Of a DNA stretch of 64,000 nt, positions 1-15,798 are shown piece after piece. The stretch is from the human T2T-CHM13v2.0 reference genome, Homo sapiens: positions 4,480,001-4,544,000 of the forward strand of contig CP086569.2 in assembly GCA_009914755.4 (NCBI GenBank), in the 5' to 3' direction. How positions within the stretch are numbered: position 1 is the stretch's first letter; each line of letters starts with the position of its first letter. The translations under genes were made by a program, and so were the position numbers. The notes below the pieces were generated by a model, which made no database searches, was not told the DNA's origin, and was given only the letters and a program-made list of their open reading frames with translations.

Positions 1-520
1 CACAATGGAGTATCATTCAGCCATAACAAAGAATGAGATCTTGTCATTTGCAACAACATCTATGGAACTGGAGATCATTATGTTAAGTGAAATAAGCCAG
101 GCACAGAAAGACAAACATCGCAAATTCTCATTTATTTGTGGGATATAAAAATCAAAACAATTGAAATCATGGAGACAGACAGTAAAAGGATGATTACCAG
201 GGACTGGGAAGGGTAGTAGGGATTGGTGGTGGAGGGAAGTGGCGATGGTTAATGGGTACAAAAAATAGAAAGAATGAATAATGCCTTGTATTAGATAGAA
301 CAACAGAGTGTCCATAGTAAAAATAATCTAATTATACATTTTAAAAATAAAGAGCATAATTGGTTTGTTTGTAATACAAAGGATAAATGTTTGAGGTGAC
401 GGATATCCCATATACTTTGATGTGAATATTTCATGTTGCATGCCTGTATCAAAATATCTCATGTATCCCATAAATATGCACACCTACTATGTATCCACAA
501 AAAAATTTAAAATAAAAAAA
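1..520 (+). mobile_element. LINE-1 3' end (ORF2 C-terminus + 3' UTR + A-rich tail), old L1PB/L1MA-like
   Basis: Frame 3 translates to a typical L1 ORF2 C-terminus (...NGILFSHKKE.DLVICNNIYGTGDHYVK.NKPGTERQTSQILIYLWDIKIKT...). The L1PB/L1MA-type 3' UTR follows and ends in an A-rich tail at 501-520. The 3' UTR closely resembles that of the L1 at 27560-28054. Confidence 0.8.
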
Positions 521-715
521 CATAAATGAAGTGAAAGCTTTAAACTAGTATACACATTTCACACCTATATTTCAAGCTTGGAAATGCAAATTTGCAAGCA
601 GCAATACAAAAGTATTCATGAAGAATGCATAATTTCTGGTATTTATAAAAACATACCTACCAATACATTTTTAAATACAAAACTGACTACCATATTTGTT
701 AATTTTATGTAGTGA

Positions 716-1021
<306 letters not shown>

Positions 1022-2449
1022 GAGAAGTTCATTTTTAAAACAGATACAATTCAGTCTTTAAGTGTGAATTGTGTGAATGACAGCCTTTTTAAAACATGAT
1101 TTCTTCATTGTTTCGAATCCTTACGCATGCAAAGGCATTGAACAGGAAATCCCACAAAGGAACCATGGTTGTTTTATGGCATTCAGTTAAGCCAGAGCTG
1201 GAAATGCCTCTGGGTCATCCATATCAGGAACAGAAGCACCTGACTTGTCAGTCCTGCTGCTGAGGTTCTGAGGTCCACCACACATTCACCTTGTCTTCCC
1301 CTCCCACCAAGTCCTCCAGGGCCGAGGTCTCCAAAATTGATCTCCCGCTGAGACATTTTATCATTTGCTGGCTTTCAGAAACGATGGTCCTTAATGACAA
1401 GTTCAGCATGAATCTCTTTACTCTTTGATTTATGAAGCGCACATCTCTTCTTCCAGTGCCCATCAATCAGTACCTTTGTTTTGTTTTTGGATATTAAATT
1501 CTACTTTTGGCCAGTCCTTATTTTGAATAGCATTCCACTTATCCAAAGTCATCTCTTTTGGACCCTCTTTTTTACCTCTTAAACTTCCTTCTCCTTATTT
1601 TCAGTGTCTGCCACTGGAAGTTCTTCACCTTCAGGTGTTTCCTAGGTCATATTTGATTAATCCAAGTCAGTTAACTTATCATTCACAGTTCCCCAGTTGT
1701 AAAATCCACTACCTCCATGTTTGTCCTTGTGCTTCAGGCTAGATCTATGCCTTCCAGCATGCCTACCAGCATGCCTATCAAATTCACATTTACCATAAAA
1801 ATAAAATCCATACCCTTGGCCCATTTCACTTTGACAGCCCTCTCTACTTCTTCCAAGGCCACCACAGCCTCGAATGGGTTGGTCAATGATAGGTCTATCA
1901 GATAAAATTTTCCTCTTTCACCCTTTTCAAGTGGTTTTTCAAATCTTCCTTCATGAGGTGGTTGCCCTTCCCCGTCTTATCTCAATTATTTTCCCTTCAC
2001 CTTGCAGTTGTTGATTGGGTCTTCTTCCAATTCACCTTATTCCTTCTTTCTTAACCTCCATGGGCACTATATGTCCTCTTGCCAACCATGCCAACTTTTG
2101 GGGCAAGTGGGTTCTTGCTGTCTTTCTGAGACTCTTTATACAACTGTTTGTCCGTGGCATTGGAGTTGGTCTGGGCCATGGCCTGAGATGAGCTTTTGGC
2201 CCCAGCTCCCCCAGTGACACCCCCGTTGGCTTATTTTCTCTAGTTCTCAGCTGCCTTCAGCACCTTGAATGGGTCCAATTCGTCTTCAAAGAACTGGTTA
2301 AATGGGCTGATGACCATGCAGGTGAAGCATTCCTGTAAATGGCCAGGCATAATGGTGGCTCAGAGGCATGTTCCTCAATGGATTGCAGCTGGCTGTGCAG
2401 AAGCAAGATCACCTTCTTCAGTTCTTCCCACAAGATCTTATGACACTTT

Positions 2450-4640
2450 AGATTTTGGCTTCATAATTTATGGTGAGAAATCCACTATCATTAGGATATT
2501 GGTATTCTCCTAACAGCAATGCATCATTTTTCTCTAGCTGCTTTCCGTATTTAATATTGTCTTTAGTTTTCAGAAATTTAATTATGATATGTGAATTTCT
2601 TTGAGTTTATCTAATTAAAGTACATTCATATTATTGAATCTCCGAATTACTGTTTTGCACCAAGTTGGGATGTTTTAAACTATTATTTCCCTATATAGTC
2701 TTTCAACCCTTCTCTCTTGTTGGGCTACAAAGATGCAAATCATTATATATTTTGGCTCTCTAAAAAAAAAAAAATCTGTTTCCTCTCTTGTTCAGAGTGG
2801 GTGAATGCTGTTGATCTATCCTAAAGTTCAGTGACTTCTTTCTCTTAGAGTTCATTCAAGCTTTTTTTTCTGTTAATGTATTTTTCTAAAATTTCCATTT
2901 TTTATAACTCATTTCATTTCAAAATATTCTATTTTCCATTTGTTTCAGGAGACTTTGTAATGCACTGCTGAAATATTTTTATGATGTGTGCTTTGAAATC
3001 CTTGTTAGATAATTCGACGATTAACAACATCTGATTTGTCTCAATGTTGGCATCAGTTGATTGTTTCCTCTCATTTAAGTTGTGATTTTCTTTATTCTTA
3101 GTGTGACCAGTGATTTTCAACTGTATCCTGAATATTTCTTCTATTATTCCAGCAGATTCTGGGTCTATTTGTATGTTTAATTTCATCAGATCTTCATTCT
3201 GTTTATAGTCAGCATGCAGATTCTGGTCTACTTTTCTGGACTGTGGTTTCTATGACAGTATATTTTCAGAGGCTTTGTTGTGTTATTTTGTTTTTTTCAG
3301 TTTATGTGATACTTATCTCCTACTTGTCCATGACAGCAATGGCTATAGTTGCAGAAGGGATTTTCCTTGGCCAGTGTCTTTCCATGGGAAAAGGGAGTCC
3401 CAGGTACCCTGAGATGAAGAGGTTTCCTTAACAATATTACTGGTTCCTAAGAATTCCTACAAAGGCCTTCCATTTGCCCCTGTGTCTCTGGGTGGAAGAG
3501 GGTATTTTCAGGCCCATTGAGAAAAAGAGACTTTCTGAGAATGACTATCCACTGTGGCTGGGCTCTTCCTGCCCATAGTACCTGTCTGACACTTCGTATC
3601 CCAGCAGGGGAAGAGACTGTGAGGCCTGTGGGGGAGAGGAGGGTTCTCTGGCTTGGTATTTGTTTTGGCAGGATCTGCCTTACCTGAGGGGGATTGAGAG
3701 AGCTTGTTGGGCCAGGACCCTTGTTGAGGTGGGATCTCCTTACCTGGGTCTCAGGATTTCCCTTGTGTCTCTGAGAGGGGTATGGAACTCTCAGACCCTG
3801 AAAAGAGAGACTTTCTGGGCCACACCATTCGTTTTTGCAAGATCCTTCTTGCCTCTGTCCCCTCAGTATCTCTCAGTGGGGGAAGGAAATTCTCAGTCCT
3901 GCAAGAAAGGAAAGCACTTTTTTTGGCTGCTTATTGTTCTTAGGGATCCTAATCAATCCTCCTTGTTGATGATGTCAGACTTCCTTAGTGTGTTGTTAGA
4001 TGAAAGAATGGGCCTATCTGGACTGCCTTCTATGACTGGATTTGGCTTTTGAAAATGCTAGGTCTGAGTCACATTTTGTTCTGTGGGAGGAGGTCTGATG
4101 CTCTGCTGCTATGGTGTGTCACCAGTCCCAGGGTTTCAAACCAATACACCTACTTTATCACCTTTTCAGAGTTGTTTGATTGCTTCTTGTATCATGCCCA
4201 GGGTTTTATATTGTACTTAGTGGAGAGAAGAAAGATAAAATATATCCGTTCCATCTTGTCCAGACTGGAAATTGATATGTATTTTGATTTGCATTTTCTT
4301 TATTACTGGTGAGATCCTACTTATATCCTTCTTTCTTTTCCTCATTTCTACCTCTTTCTTTGTGAATTCTTTGCCCACTACATATTAGGTATTATGCCTG
4401 TGCACTTGTTTTTCTGTCATACACCTTTATCACATTTTGTAATTGATAGACTATTTCTTTGAATTTTCCATCGAGACTCTGGCTTGAAGAAATCACCTTT
4501 ATTTTCCTTTTCAGGTTAATGCCAGCTCCTGGACTAGTTGTTGGCTATTTTATATACTCACTAAAAGAAGCAGGAGAGAGGTAGTCACTAAATATTTTGT
4601 CAATGAATAAAAGAAGGAATTGTAATTTAGGTAATTTTTA
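2450..4640 (-). mobile_element. Ancient L1 (L1M-like) 5' portion in antisense (ORF2 N-terminal region / ORF1 / 5' region)
   Basis: Positions 2850-3250 match the antisense strand of the L1 inter-ORF / ORF2-start region (pattern ...atttttatgatg.gctttgaaatc.ttgt.agataatt...ctcaatgttggcatc.gttgattgt.t.ctcatt.aagttg.gattttc...gtgac.agtgattttcaa.tgtatcctg.a). Upstream the sequence is T-rich, as L1 antisense strands are. Highly diverged; boundaries uncertain. Confidence 0.45.
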
Positions 4641-4742
4641 AAAACTGATATTTGCTCTTCCTTTAACAACTACAATGTGAAAACATTATATAACTGATTT
4701 GGCATGCTGTAATAGTGACAGGTGAAGCCAGCTGGACTTCCT

Positions 4743-5210
4743 GGGTAGAGTGGGGACTTGGAGAACTTTTCTGTCTTACAAAAGGATTGTAAAACGCACC
4801 AATCAGTGCTCTGTGTCTGGCTAGAGGGTTGTAAATGCACCAATCAGCACTCTGTAAAAACGCACCAATCAGCACTCTGTGTCTAGCTAAAGGATTGTAA
4901 ATGCATCAATCAGCACTCTGTAAAATGGGCCAATCAGCACTCTGTAAAATGGACCAATCAGCAGGATGTGGACGGGGACAAATAAAGGAATAAAAGCAGG
5001 CCTCTCCAGCCAGCAGTGACAACCCACTCAGGTCCCTTTCCATGCTGTGAAAGCTTTGTTCTTTCGCTCTTCACAATAAATCTTGCTGCTGCTCACTGTT
5101 TGGGTCCCTGCCAACTTTAAGAGCTGTAACACTCACCGCGAAGGTCCACGGTTTCATTCTTGAAGTTGGCGAGACTGAGAACCCACTGAAAGGAACCAAC
5201 TCCAGACACA
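4743..5210 (+). mobile_element. ERV9 LTR12-family solo LTR (short form)
   Basis: Starts tgggtagagtggggacttggagaac..., matching the LTR12 start TGTAGGGGTGGGACTTGAGAG. It has a U3 of tandem ...gcaccaatcagcactctgt... units, then ggaccaatcagcaggatgtgg.cggggacaaataaaggaataaaagcaggcc.ctccagccagcagtgacaacccactcaggtccctttcca.gctgtgaaagctttgttctttcgctctt.acaataaatcttgctgctgctcact.tttgggtcc...agctgtaacactcaccgcgaaggtcc.cggtttcattcttgaagt..gcgagac...gaacccac and ends ...caactccagacacaa. No primer-binding site or ERV9 internal sequence follows, so I call it solo. Confidence 0.75.
4790..5000 (+). promoter_or_regulatory. LTR12 U3 promoter/enhancer module: six tandem CCAAT-type boxes plus AATAAA/TATA-like box
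   Basis: CCAAT(CAG) motifs sit at about 4797, 4838, 4863, 4904 (catcaatcag), 4929 and 4952, followed by aataaaggaataaaagcagg at 4981-5000. This is the canonical arrangement of the NF-Y-dependent LTR12 promoter. Activity here is inferred from family knowledge only. Confidence 0.4.
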
Positions 5211-6837
5211 ATAGGGTGGTAAGAATTACTTTACCACAAATTATGGCAATAAGCTGTAAAGCAGAGTGAATAGGAGAAACCAATTATTTTTTCTGTATAC
5301 TCTGACATCATCAGATGTGTGGTTTCTTTCTCTCACCAATAAATTATTTAATTCTTTGTAGACACCAGCTAAGTGTCCTACAATTTAACTAAATCTGACA
5401 CTATCTATCTGGAGTTAGCATCAGGTTAAGGGTTGAGTTCCACAAGATTGCCCTCACTTTAGATGCCAATCACAAATCCAAGTGCCATCTGTGCTTATGA
5501 CCAACCAGCTAGAAAACAGACATTTCCATGATTATCCTCAGGTTTGATCATTTGTTAGAATGGCTCACAGAACCCAAGAAAAGAATTAACTTAATAGATT
5601 ACTTGTTTATTATAAAAAGATGCAGCTCAGAAACAGTCAGATGAAACAGAAACATAGGGCAAGGTATGGAGGAAGGGGCACAGAGCTTCTGTGCCCTACC
5701 CAGGCATGCTACCCTCCCGATAACTCCACGTGTTCACCAACCTGTTAAAGCCATTAACATAGTAATACAACTTATTCACATTATAAGCCAAGTTATTTAA
5801 GAGTTAAAATGCATCAACCATTACTGTGTCTATTAAACTGTTTCTTAGAGTCTGGTGAAATTATAATTTGGTCATAATGCCAAGTCACTAAAGACATTCA
5901 GCTTTCCTCTTATTTTGTTAAATATGACTGAAATGCATAAATATTCTCCTTCTCTCATTTATATATTATAGTTCCTATAGAAAAAATAATATTTCCTTTT
6001 GATAGCCTATGAAGAACTTGTTGAATAGTATTTTGTTATTGTGTAAGCTAATAGTGGCAGGGATGTTTTTCCAGATATTTCTACTGAAATAACTTTGTTT
6101 TTGTCAGACTAATCTTTTGATCTGAATTTCATTGTTTAAATATAAAATATAACCATGATAATATTTAAGCATGATGAAGGTGGAGAAGATGATGATGAAA
6201 GTGATAATGTTTACTAAGTTTATTTCTTGAACATTCCGGACATTATATACAATATGTAAATACATGTTTATCATGTTTAAGAAGGATATTTACATAAATT
6301 ATCCTAAAGATATTCATTATCCATTTTAGCAAGCCTGAAATTAAGTTGACTACTGACTTTTAAATTCTGTACTAATGTTAATTTAGACAAAAATGTTTGA
6401 ATACATAAGCACTTATAAAATTTTCAGAAGCACATATATTTCAGATTCCATATTTCACAAATTAACAACATAATACCTGCTATGTAAAAACCAGTAGATT
6501 TTCTTCTTCACATATAAGAAGAATAAGAAATATTTTAATATGGTTGCTATCAACATTTTATTCCATTTTTTTTTTTTAGGAAAGCAGCTAAAATCAGCTA
6601 GAAAATCCTTTTTAAAAAAATGATGAAAATCCTTAAAAGAGCAAAACAATAAAGACATGTTGGGGGAACTATGTCAAATATTAAATTTTATAAATTTATA
6701 ATGTCTACATCATGTATTTTCATAATAAATATTCCAAAAGTTTTACTACTAAAATATTTGCCAGGTAAAGGGTAAACACATTTAAATGGATTGTTATTTT
6801 ATCAAGGTACACATATGAAAAATCTAAGAAGAAATTC

Positions 6838-7197
6838 TGGCTCAGACTATGGACTGAATGTTCATGTTCCCCAAAAATTTTATGTTGAAATTTTAACCCC
6901 TCATGTGATGATATCAGAAGGAGAGACCTTTGGTAGGTGATCAGATCAGGAAGTTGGGGCCATTGTAAAAAGACAGGAGTCAACTTCCTTTCTCTCTTTG
7001 TTCCCCACCATGTGAGGATATGACAATATGGCAATCTGCAAACCAGAAAGAGTGCCCTCTCCAGACACCAGATCTGCAAGTGCTTTGATGTTGTACTTTC
7101 CAGCCTCCAGAAATGCATGAAAAAATATTCTGTTATTTAAGTCACCCAATCTATGGTATTCTGTTAAGAGTGGGCTGAAGTAAGACAGCTCTCGTCT
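6838..7197 (+). mobile_element. ERVL-MaLR solo LTR (MLT1/MST-type), roughly 360 bp
   Basis: Matches the shared MaLR LTR architecture: ...gttccccaaaaattttatgttgaaattttaacccctcatgtgatgatatcag.aggag.gacctttgg.aggtgat.agatcaggaagttggggcc... then ...ccaccatgtgaggata..acaa.atggcaatctgcaaaccag.aagagtgccctctccagacaccagatctgcaagtgc..tgat.ttg.actttccagcctccagaa...ttctgttatttaagtcacccaatctatggtattctgtta.agtgggctgaagtaagacag. Confidence 0.55.
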
Positions 7198-8204
7198 GTA
7201 AAATTATTCAGCGAGCAAACTGAATAATTAAAGAAGTAACAGTAATAATAATGACTTGTAGATTTTTTGAAAATAACTGTTTGAAAGTTTATGTAATAAG
7301 AAATAATAGTTTAATGTGAACAAATTTAATGTGACTAAATCAATACATGTTCAATATTAAATATAATCCCATGAAGTCTCTGGGATGTTGTTACTATAAA
7401 TCAAGTTATTTGGGCTAAATATCTTTAAATGTTTTCTGATATTTCCTTTTCCCTTTCTCCATTTCAGCCCAAAAGTCATGATTGTTTTATATTTCTAAGA
7501 GAATTTATAGAAATATTATCCAGTCATCAAGCCCTCACGACTCTTTTTTAAAGTATCCCATTTCCCTTCCTTGTTATTACAGTAGCATTATTTTAAGTCA
7601 GACATCTCATCATTACATTTTCTTCCCAGCTTCCCAGCTATTCTTCCTGTGTCCTAACTTCTTTCCACTCTATCTCCTATAATTCATCCTGTAAAACACC
7701 AGTATGTAATAAAAGTTTATTATGCCACAACCACTAAAATCCTTCCTTTGCTTCTTGTTGCTTATTAGAAAATATGTAAACTCTCTACTCTCATATTCTA
7801 CATCTTCCTTTTTGTATCCCAACTTACCCTCTACTATAATCTTTCCCCTCCCTTCATTGCTCAAATATTTTCATAATTCCTTGTCTACAACTGAGAACTG
7901 AGCTGAAAAAAAAGACAAAAGGGTGATAAAGAAGGAACACAGGTTTTGAAGTTAGGAAGACTTGGATACTTCTACTTACTACCTACTTAGATTTGGGGTA
8001 AATTACCACATCTTTCAGAGTCTCACCTTTCTCATCTATAAAATTGAGATGATACTTACCTTTCCACGAAGTTGTGAAAGTTATATGAAATAATATGAGT
8101 AAATGTGCCTAGTACAGTGCTTGACATATAATAACCACCTAATAAATGTCAGAGGCTGCTGGTGTTATTGTTATCAGCATTAGTATTAATAAAAGTGGCT
8201 TTAA

Positions 8205-8499
8205 GTCTGGGGGTGTGGCTCACACCTGTAATCCCAGCACCTAGGGAGGCTGAAGTGAGAGGATCACCAGAGTCCAGGAGTTCAAGAGCAGCCTGGGCAA
8301 CACAGTCAGGCCCCGTCTCTACAAAAATAAAAAAAAACATATACATTAACTGGGCATGGTGGTGCATGCCTGTTGTCCCAGCTACTTGGGAGGCTGAGAA
8401 GGGAGGATTGCTTGGGCTGATGAAGTAAAAGTTGCAGTGAGCTATGATTGTGTCACTGCATTCCAGCCTGGGTGACAGGGAGAGACCCTGTCTCAAAAC
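8205..8499 (+). mobile_element. Alu SINE (AluS/AluJ-like)
   Basis: Dimeric Alu from gtctgggggtgtggctcacacctgtaatcccagcac to ...gcattccagcctgggtgacagggagagaccctgtctcaaaac. A 13-bp target-site duplication (1 mismatch) reads aaagtggctttaa at 8192-8204 and aaagaggctttaa at 8500-8512. Confidence 0.85.
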
Positions 8500-10604
8500 A
8501 AAGAGGCTTTAATAAGCAGGATTTCAGCTTAAAAAGATGCTAGAATTTTTAGAACCTAGGTACTATAACCAGGGCTCTTGATAATAGAGAAAGCAGAGAA
8601 AGATTAAAGACATTAACAGAAAGACTAGAATTGTGAATTTTGGGTGTGAATTCCATATTTCTCTGATATCTACTTCAAATGCAATCTGGTATGCTTTGAG
8701 GCTTGGGCTCTGAATCTAACAACCATGCTGCACACTCTGATTCTTTTCTTATTTAAAAGAAGTGTTCCTTTCTAAATGATTGCAACAAAAACCAAGGCAT
8801 ATAGTTGACTACATATTGACAGTATCGCGAATAAATGGCTTTTACTGTCATGTTAGTAGCCAGTCTTTACCAAGTCAACTGCACTGAACCTCCTTCAGGT
8901 ACTTGCATGACTCACTCTCACTGGATTGTAGCGTTTGCTCCCTAAACATCTTATTTAAAGTAATCCCTTATCTTGTTTTATTTTATTGATAGCATTTATG
9001 ACTATCTGAAATGACCACAAATTTTCTGCCACTTTATAATTGTTTGTGTCCCCTCAATCATTCCAATTTCTTATTCTTTACACTTGATGATATGTTTCAT
9101 AATGTAACATGTATCTTATTTTAACTCATTAATTTTGTTGTTATACAAACATGTAATGAAATACTTTTTTTGACTTTAATCTTTCAATCCACCTAGTTTT
9201 CTTCTACAGTGAGTATTTAAGTTAGGTAAAATGCTATGCTTAATTTTAAATAAATATTATTGCTTCAATAATTAATTGATTAAATGAATGATTTACAGTA
9301 GAATTTTCACATTCTCCTCTTCTTAAATCTTCCCCCTTCCACTATATTATACACATAATATCCACTCCCCCTTCTTTTCCTATATCAGGGAAAATGAATG
9401 AGGAAGCTAGATTTCTACATGTTTTAGTTATATTTCTTTTCACATATTGGAATACATATTTCCCTTTAATAAAAAAGTAAGGTTTTAAAATCAAATGTTT
9501 GCTGACTGCGTTTGCACTGTTTTTTTTTTTTTTTAACTCTGAAAAGCCTATACTAAAGCATCAGTTTTTATTATTCTTGGTTCTTCTACTTTACAAACAG
9601 ATTAAAAGATATTTATAAAACAATGTTTTAGAAAAATACATGGTGCCCTATACTAGCTTTCACTGGGATGCTCGGTATGGTGTCTTCAAGTAGCTTGGAG
9701 TAATCATTATAGGAAGCAGTATTAAGACTCTGTACAAAGAGTGTCTGTAATGTGTATTTTTTTCTCATTTGGAAAAAGTATGTTTTCCTCTCTGACTGTG
9801 TTGGCCATAGTTTCAGAGACCACACTATTGTTTAAGTTCAGTAATGGAAAATGGTTGTCAGTGACGATCAAATGTGAAGGAATCTGACCCTCAGGCACTC
9901 CATAATCCTAGTTTCTGGCTACTACCAGTCTATTTTCAAACATCCTCTATTTTCAACCAACCTTAGGGGTGGCATCTTTCTCTTCCTCCAGTTGACTACC
10001 ATCACAGATACAAGATGGGGAACGGCAACTAGACCATATGGGTAACAAAGCAAATTGGAATCTGCAACTTTACCTTTTTAATGAAGAAATATTAAAACCA
10101 ACAATACATGTAAAGTCCCAGAATATTATAAACTTCATAATTGTGTCTGTTTTGTTCTCTATTGTATCTCCAGCACCTGAAACAGCTCCTAGCATACAGT
10201 AGATTTGCTGTACACATCTGATGAATAAAATAATAAAAGAAACCACCAAAAGCACATGCAAAAAAACAAAAATAAAATAGTGGAACTACATCAAACTAAA
10301 AAGCTGCTGCACAGCAAAGGAAACAATCAAAAGAGTGAAAAGACAACCTTTAGAATGGGAGATAGTATTTGCATACCACATATCTGATAAAGATCTAATA
10401 TTAAAAATATATAAGGAACTCCTATAACTCAATAGCAAAAAAAAAAAAAATGCGAATAGACATTTCTCAAAAAAGACATACAAATGGCCAATGGGTATAT
10501 GAAAAGATGATCAACGTCACTAATTATCAGTGAAATGCAAATCAAAACCAAAATAAGATATCACCTCACAGCCATTAGAATGAACATTATTTAAAAGAAA
10601 TACA

Positions 10605-10886
10605 GGCCAGGTGCAGTGGCTGACGCCTGTAATCCCAGCACTTTGGGAGGCTGAGGCAGGTGGATCATGAGATCAGAAGTTCGAGACCAGCCTGGCCAAG
10701 ATGGTGAAACCCCGTCTCTACTAAAAATACAAAAATTAGCTGGGCGTGGTGGTGGGCACCTGTAATCTCAGCTACTTGGGAGGCTGAGGCAAAGAATTGC
10801 TTGAACCTGGGAGGCAGAGGTTTCAGTGAGCCGAGATCATGCCACTTCATTCCAGCCTGGGCGATAGAGCGAGACTCTGTCTCAAG
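10605..10886 (+). mobile_element. Alu SINE (AluS-like) nested in L1
   Basis: Runs from ggccaggtgcagtggctgacgcctgtaatcccagcactttgggaggc to ...gcgatagagcgagactctgtctcaag. A 12-bp target-site duplication aaaagaaataca sits at 10593-10604 and 10887-10898. Confidence 0.85.
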
Positions 10887-11046
10887 AAAAGAAATACAAA
10901 AGATAATAAATGTTGGTCAAGATGTGAAGAAATTGGAATTGCTACATACTGTTGGTGGGAGTGTAAAATGGCGCAGTTGCTAGGAAAACAGTATGAAGGT
11001 TCCTCAACTACTTTATGATCCAGCAATCCCACTTTTGTTTTTGTTT

Positions 11047-11343
<297 letters not shown>

Positions 11344-12804
11344 AGCAATCCCACTTTTGAGTAAATATTCAAAAGAATTTAGATCAGAATCCTGTAGAGA
11401 CATTAGAACTCCTACGTTCATTGCAACACTATTTACAATGACCAATATGTGGAAAAAACCCAAATCAAATGTCCACCCATAGATGAGTGGATAAAAATAG
11501 TATGTGATATAAATAAACAGTAAAATTCTATTCAGCCTTAAAGAAGAAAATCCTGTTATACGTAACGACATGGATAAACCTGGAGGGCATTGGACTAACT
11601 GAAATAAGCCAGGCACAGAAGGACAAGTACTGCATGATTCTACTTACATAAGATATCTTAAGTAGTCAGATTCATTGAAACAGAGTGTAGAATGGTGTTT
11701 ATCAGGGGCTGAAGGAGTAAGGGGAAATGGTGAGTTGCTGGTCAACATTTATATAGCTTCAGTTATGCAAAATGAATACGTTCCAGAGATACTCTGTATA
11801 ACATTATGCTTATAGTTAAAAACACTGTATTGTACACTTGAAATTTTGTTAAGAGAGTCATTCTCATGTTGACTCTTTTTACCACAATAAAAAATAATTT
11901 TATACATTTAGAAAAATAGCCTATATTAGCTGCCCCTCAATTTTATTCATCCCTAGGCAAACCCTGGAGAGATAAGCAAGCAATCTCTAAGACTTTGTAA
12001 GTAAAAACTTAGAGAATTTGAAAACAGTTCAAAAAAGAGCCACATATCTGAGGAAAGAATTGTAAAAATAGAAAAATTAGGCAAGTTAAAAAATTTGCAA
12101 TTATTCAGCATAGAGCTAAAAAGGGGAAGTAGCATAATATTGGGCTCATCATGAGCAAATGGGAAATGATCACCAAAACAGAGTGGAAAATTGTTCCTAA
12201 TTCCAATGAAGACAGAAAAAGGGCAAAACACCCACACTGCAGTATGAAATCTAAATCTCTTAGCATTCTCTCTGAAAGGTACACATCTCTAGTGCTTTTG
12301 AAAATAGTCTTTTTTTTCCGGTCATTTATATTCCAAGTGTGGTCCTGAAGGGGAATGACTAGATGTTTTCTCAAGGAGAGTTAACTCTGTGTGTGGGGTG
12401 GAGGTGAGGGCTCCAGAAGGAGGGAGAGTTTATAAATTAGCAAGTTGTAATGTCTGTTGAAATAATTACATTCTGTATTGTTTGGTCAGACCCTAAACTT
12501 GGCTGTACTGCTTTACAAAAGAAAAGGCTTTTGCACAAGGCCCTCTTACTTTCTCACCAAAGTGAGTTTCTGTGCCTGATTTAAGAAAATGCCTTTTGAG
12601 AGATGTGATAATTGAATAATTTTGAGGCTGTCTAGAGTACACAGGGAAGTTGATTAAAGTCAGTAAAACATAGGCTCTCTGATTATGCTGCAAATCTTTC
12701 CAAGCCAGAAGAACCAGCATTGTTATGAAGTCTCCTTTGCTTAACAGTTTGCTTTATTTGCTTAATAATTACTTAAATAAATAACTGTATTTAAAACAAT
12801 GAAA

Positions 12805-15260
<2,456 letters not shown>

Positions 15261-15798
15261 ATGAAATATTTTCACTTTTTTACTCGTAAATATAGCATTT
15301 GAGTATTCTTCTAGTAACAAAACAAGTTTCACTTAATAAGACACTATTAGTAATCTTATTAATGGTTCTGGTTGTTTTCTAAACAGAGTAAACTATAGGG
15401 TGAGTTATTTACCTTACATTTGTAAATGAAGGTCCTTTGATGCAGATCTAGTTGGTTCTCCTCTGAGGTTCTGTCTGTAAGGTCAGTTACTTGAACAGGA
15501 AACTATCCTGAGAGAGGAAACCCAAGATATCTATATTTGTTATTTAAGTAATCTCTGACATTCTTGTGAGTTTTAGTTGATCTTCTATTTCATGGGAGTG
15601 AACCAAAAGGAAAAATATATTATCAATTTTAGAAAAATAAATTGGGGCTAGATAAAACACGTGCATATATATTTTGTCTACTTATTTCTCTAAACATGGT
15701 CAGGTAAAAAACCAAAAATGGGTAAGGATTCCAGAAAATCAAAGAAGATATTTGACAATGAATATTTCAATACTTGACAATTTCCACCCCACTGATAC

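Noticed and set aside
4797-4960. Six regularly spaced approximately 25-40-bp direct repeats (gcaccaatcagcactctgt...) resembling a small CRISPR-like or iteron array
   Set aside because: They are the well-known tandem CCAAT-box repeats of the ERV9 LTR12 U3 region. The spacers are not unique, the repeats are degenerate, and the context is eukaryotic.
8162-8496. Overlapping 88-aa (+) and 115-aa (-) ORFs with proline/alanine-rich low-complexity peptides (...PVIPAPREAEVRGS... / ...SASQVAGTTGMHHHAQL...)
   Set aside because: These are the characteristic spurious translations of Alu sequence (here the Alu at 8205-8499). The same peptides recur at every Alu in the track (for example 643-870, 10665-10850, 17845-18159, 18485-18730, 18946-19197, 24648-24845).
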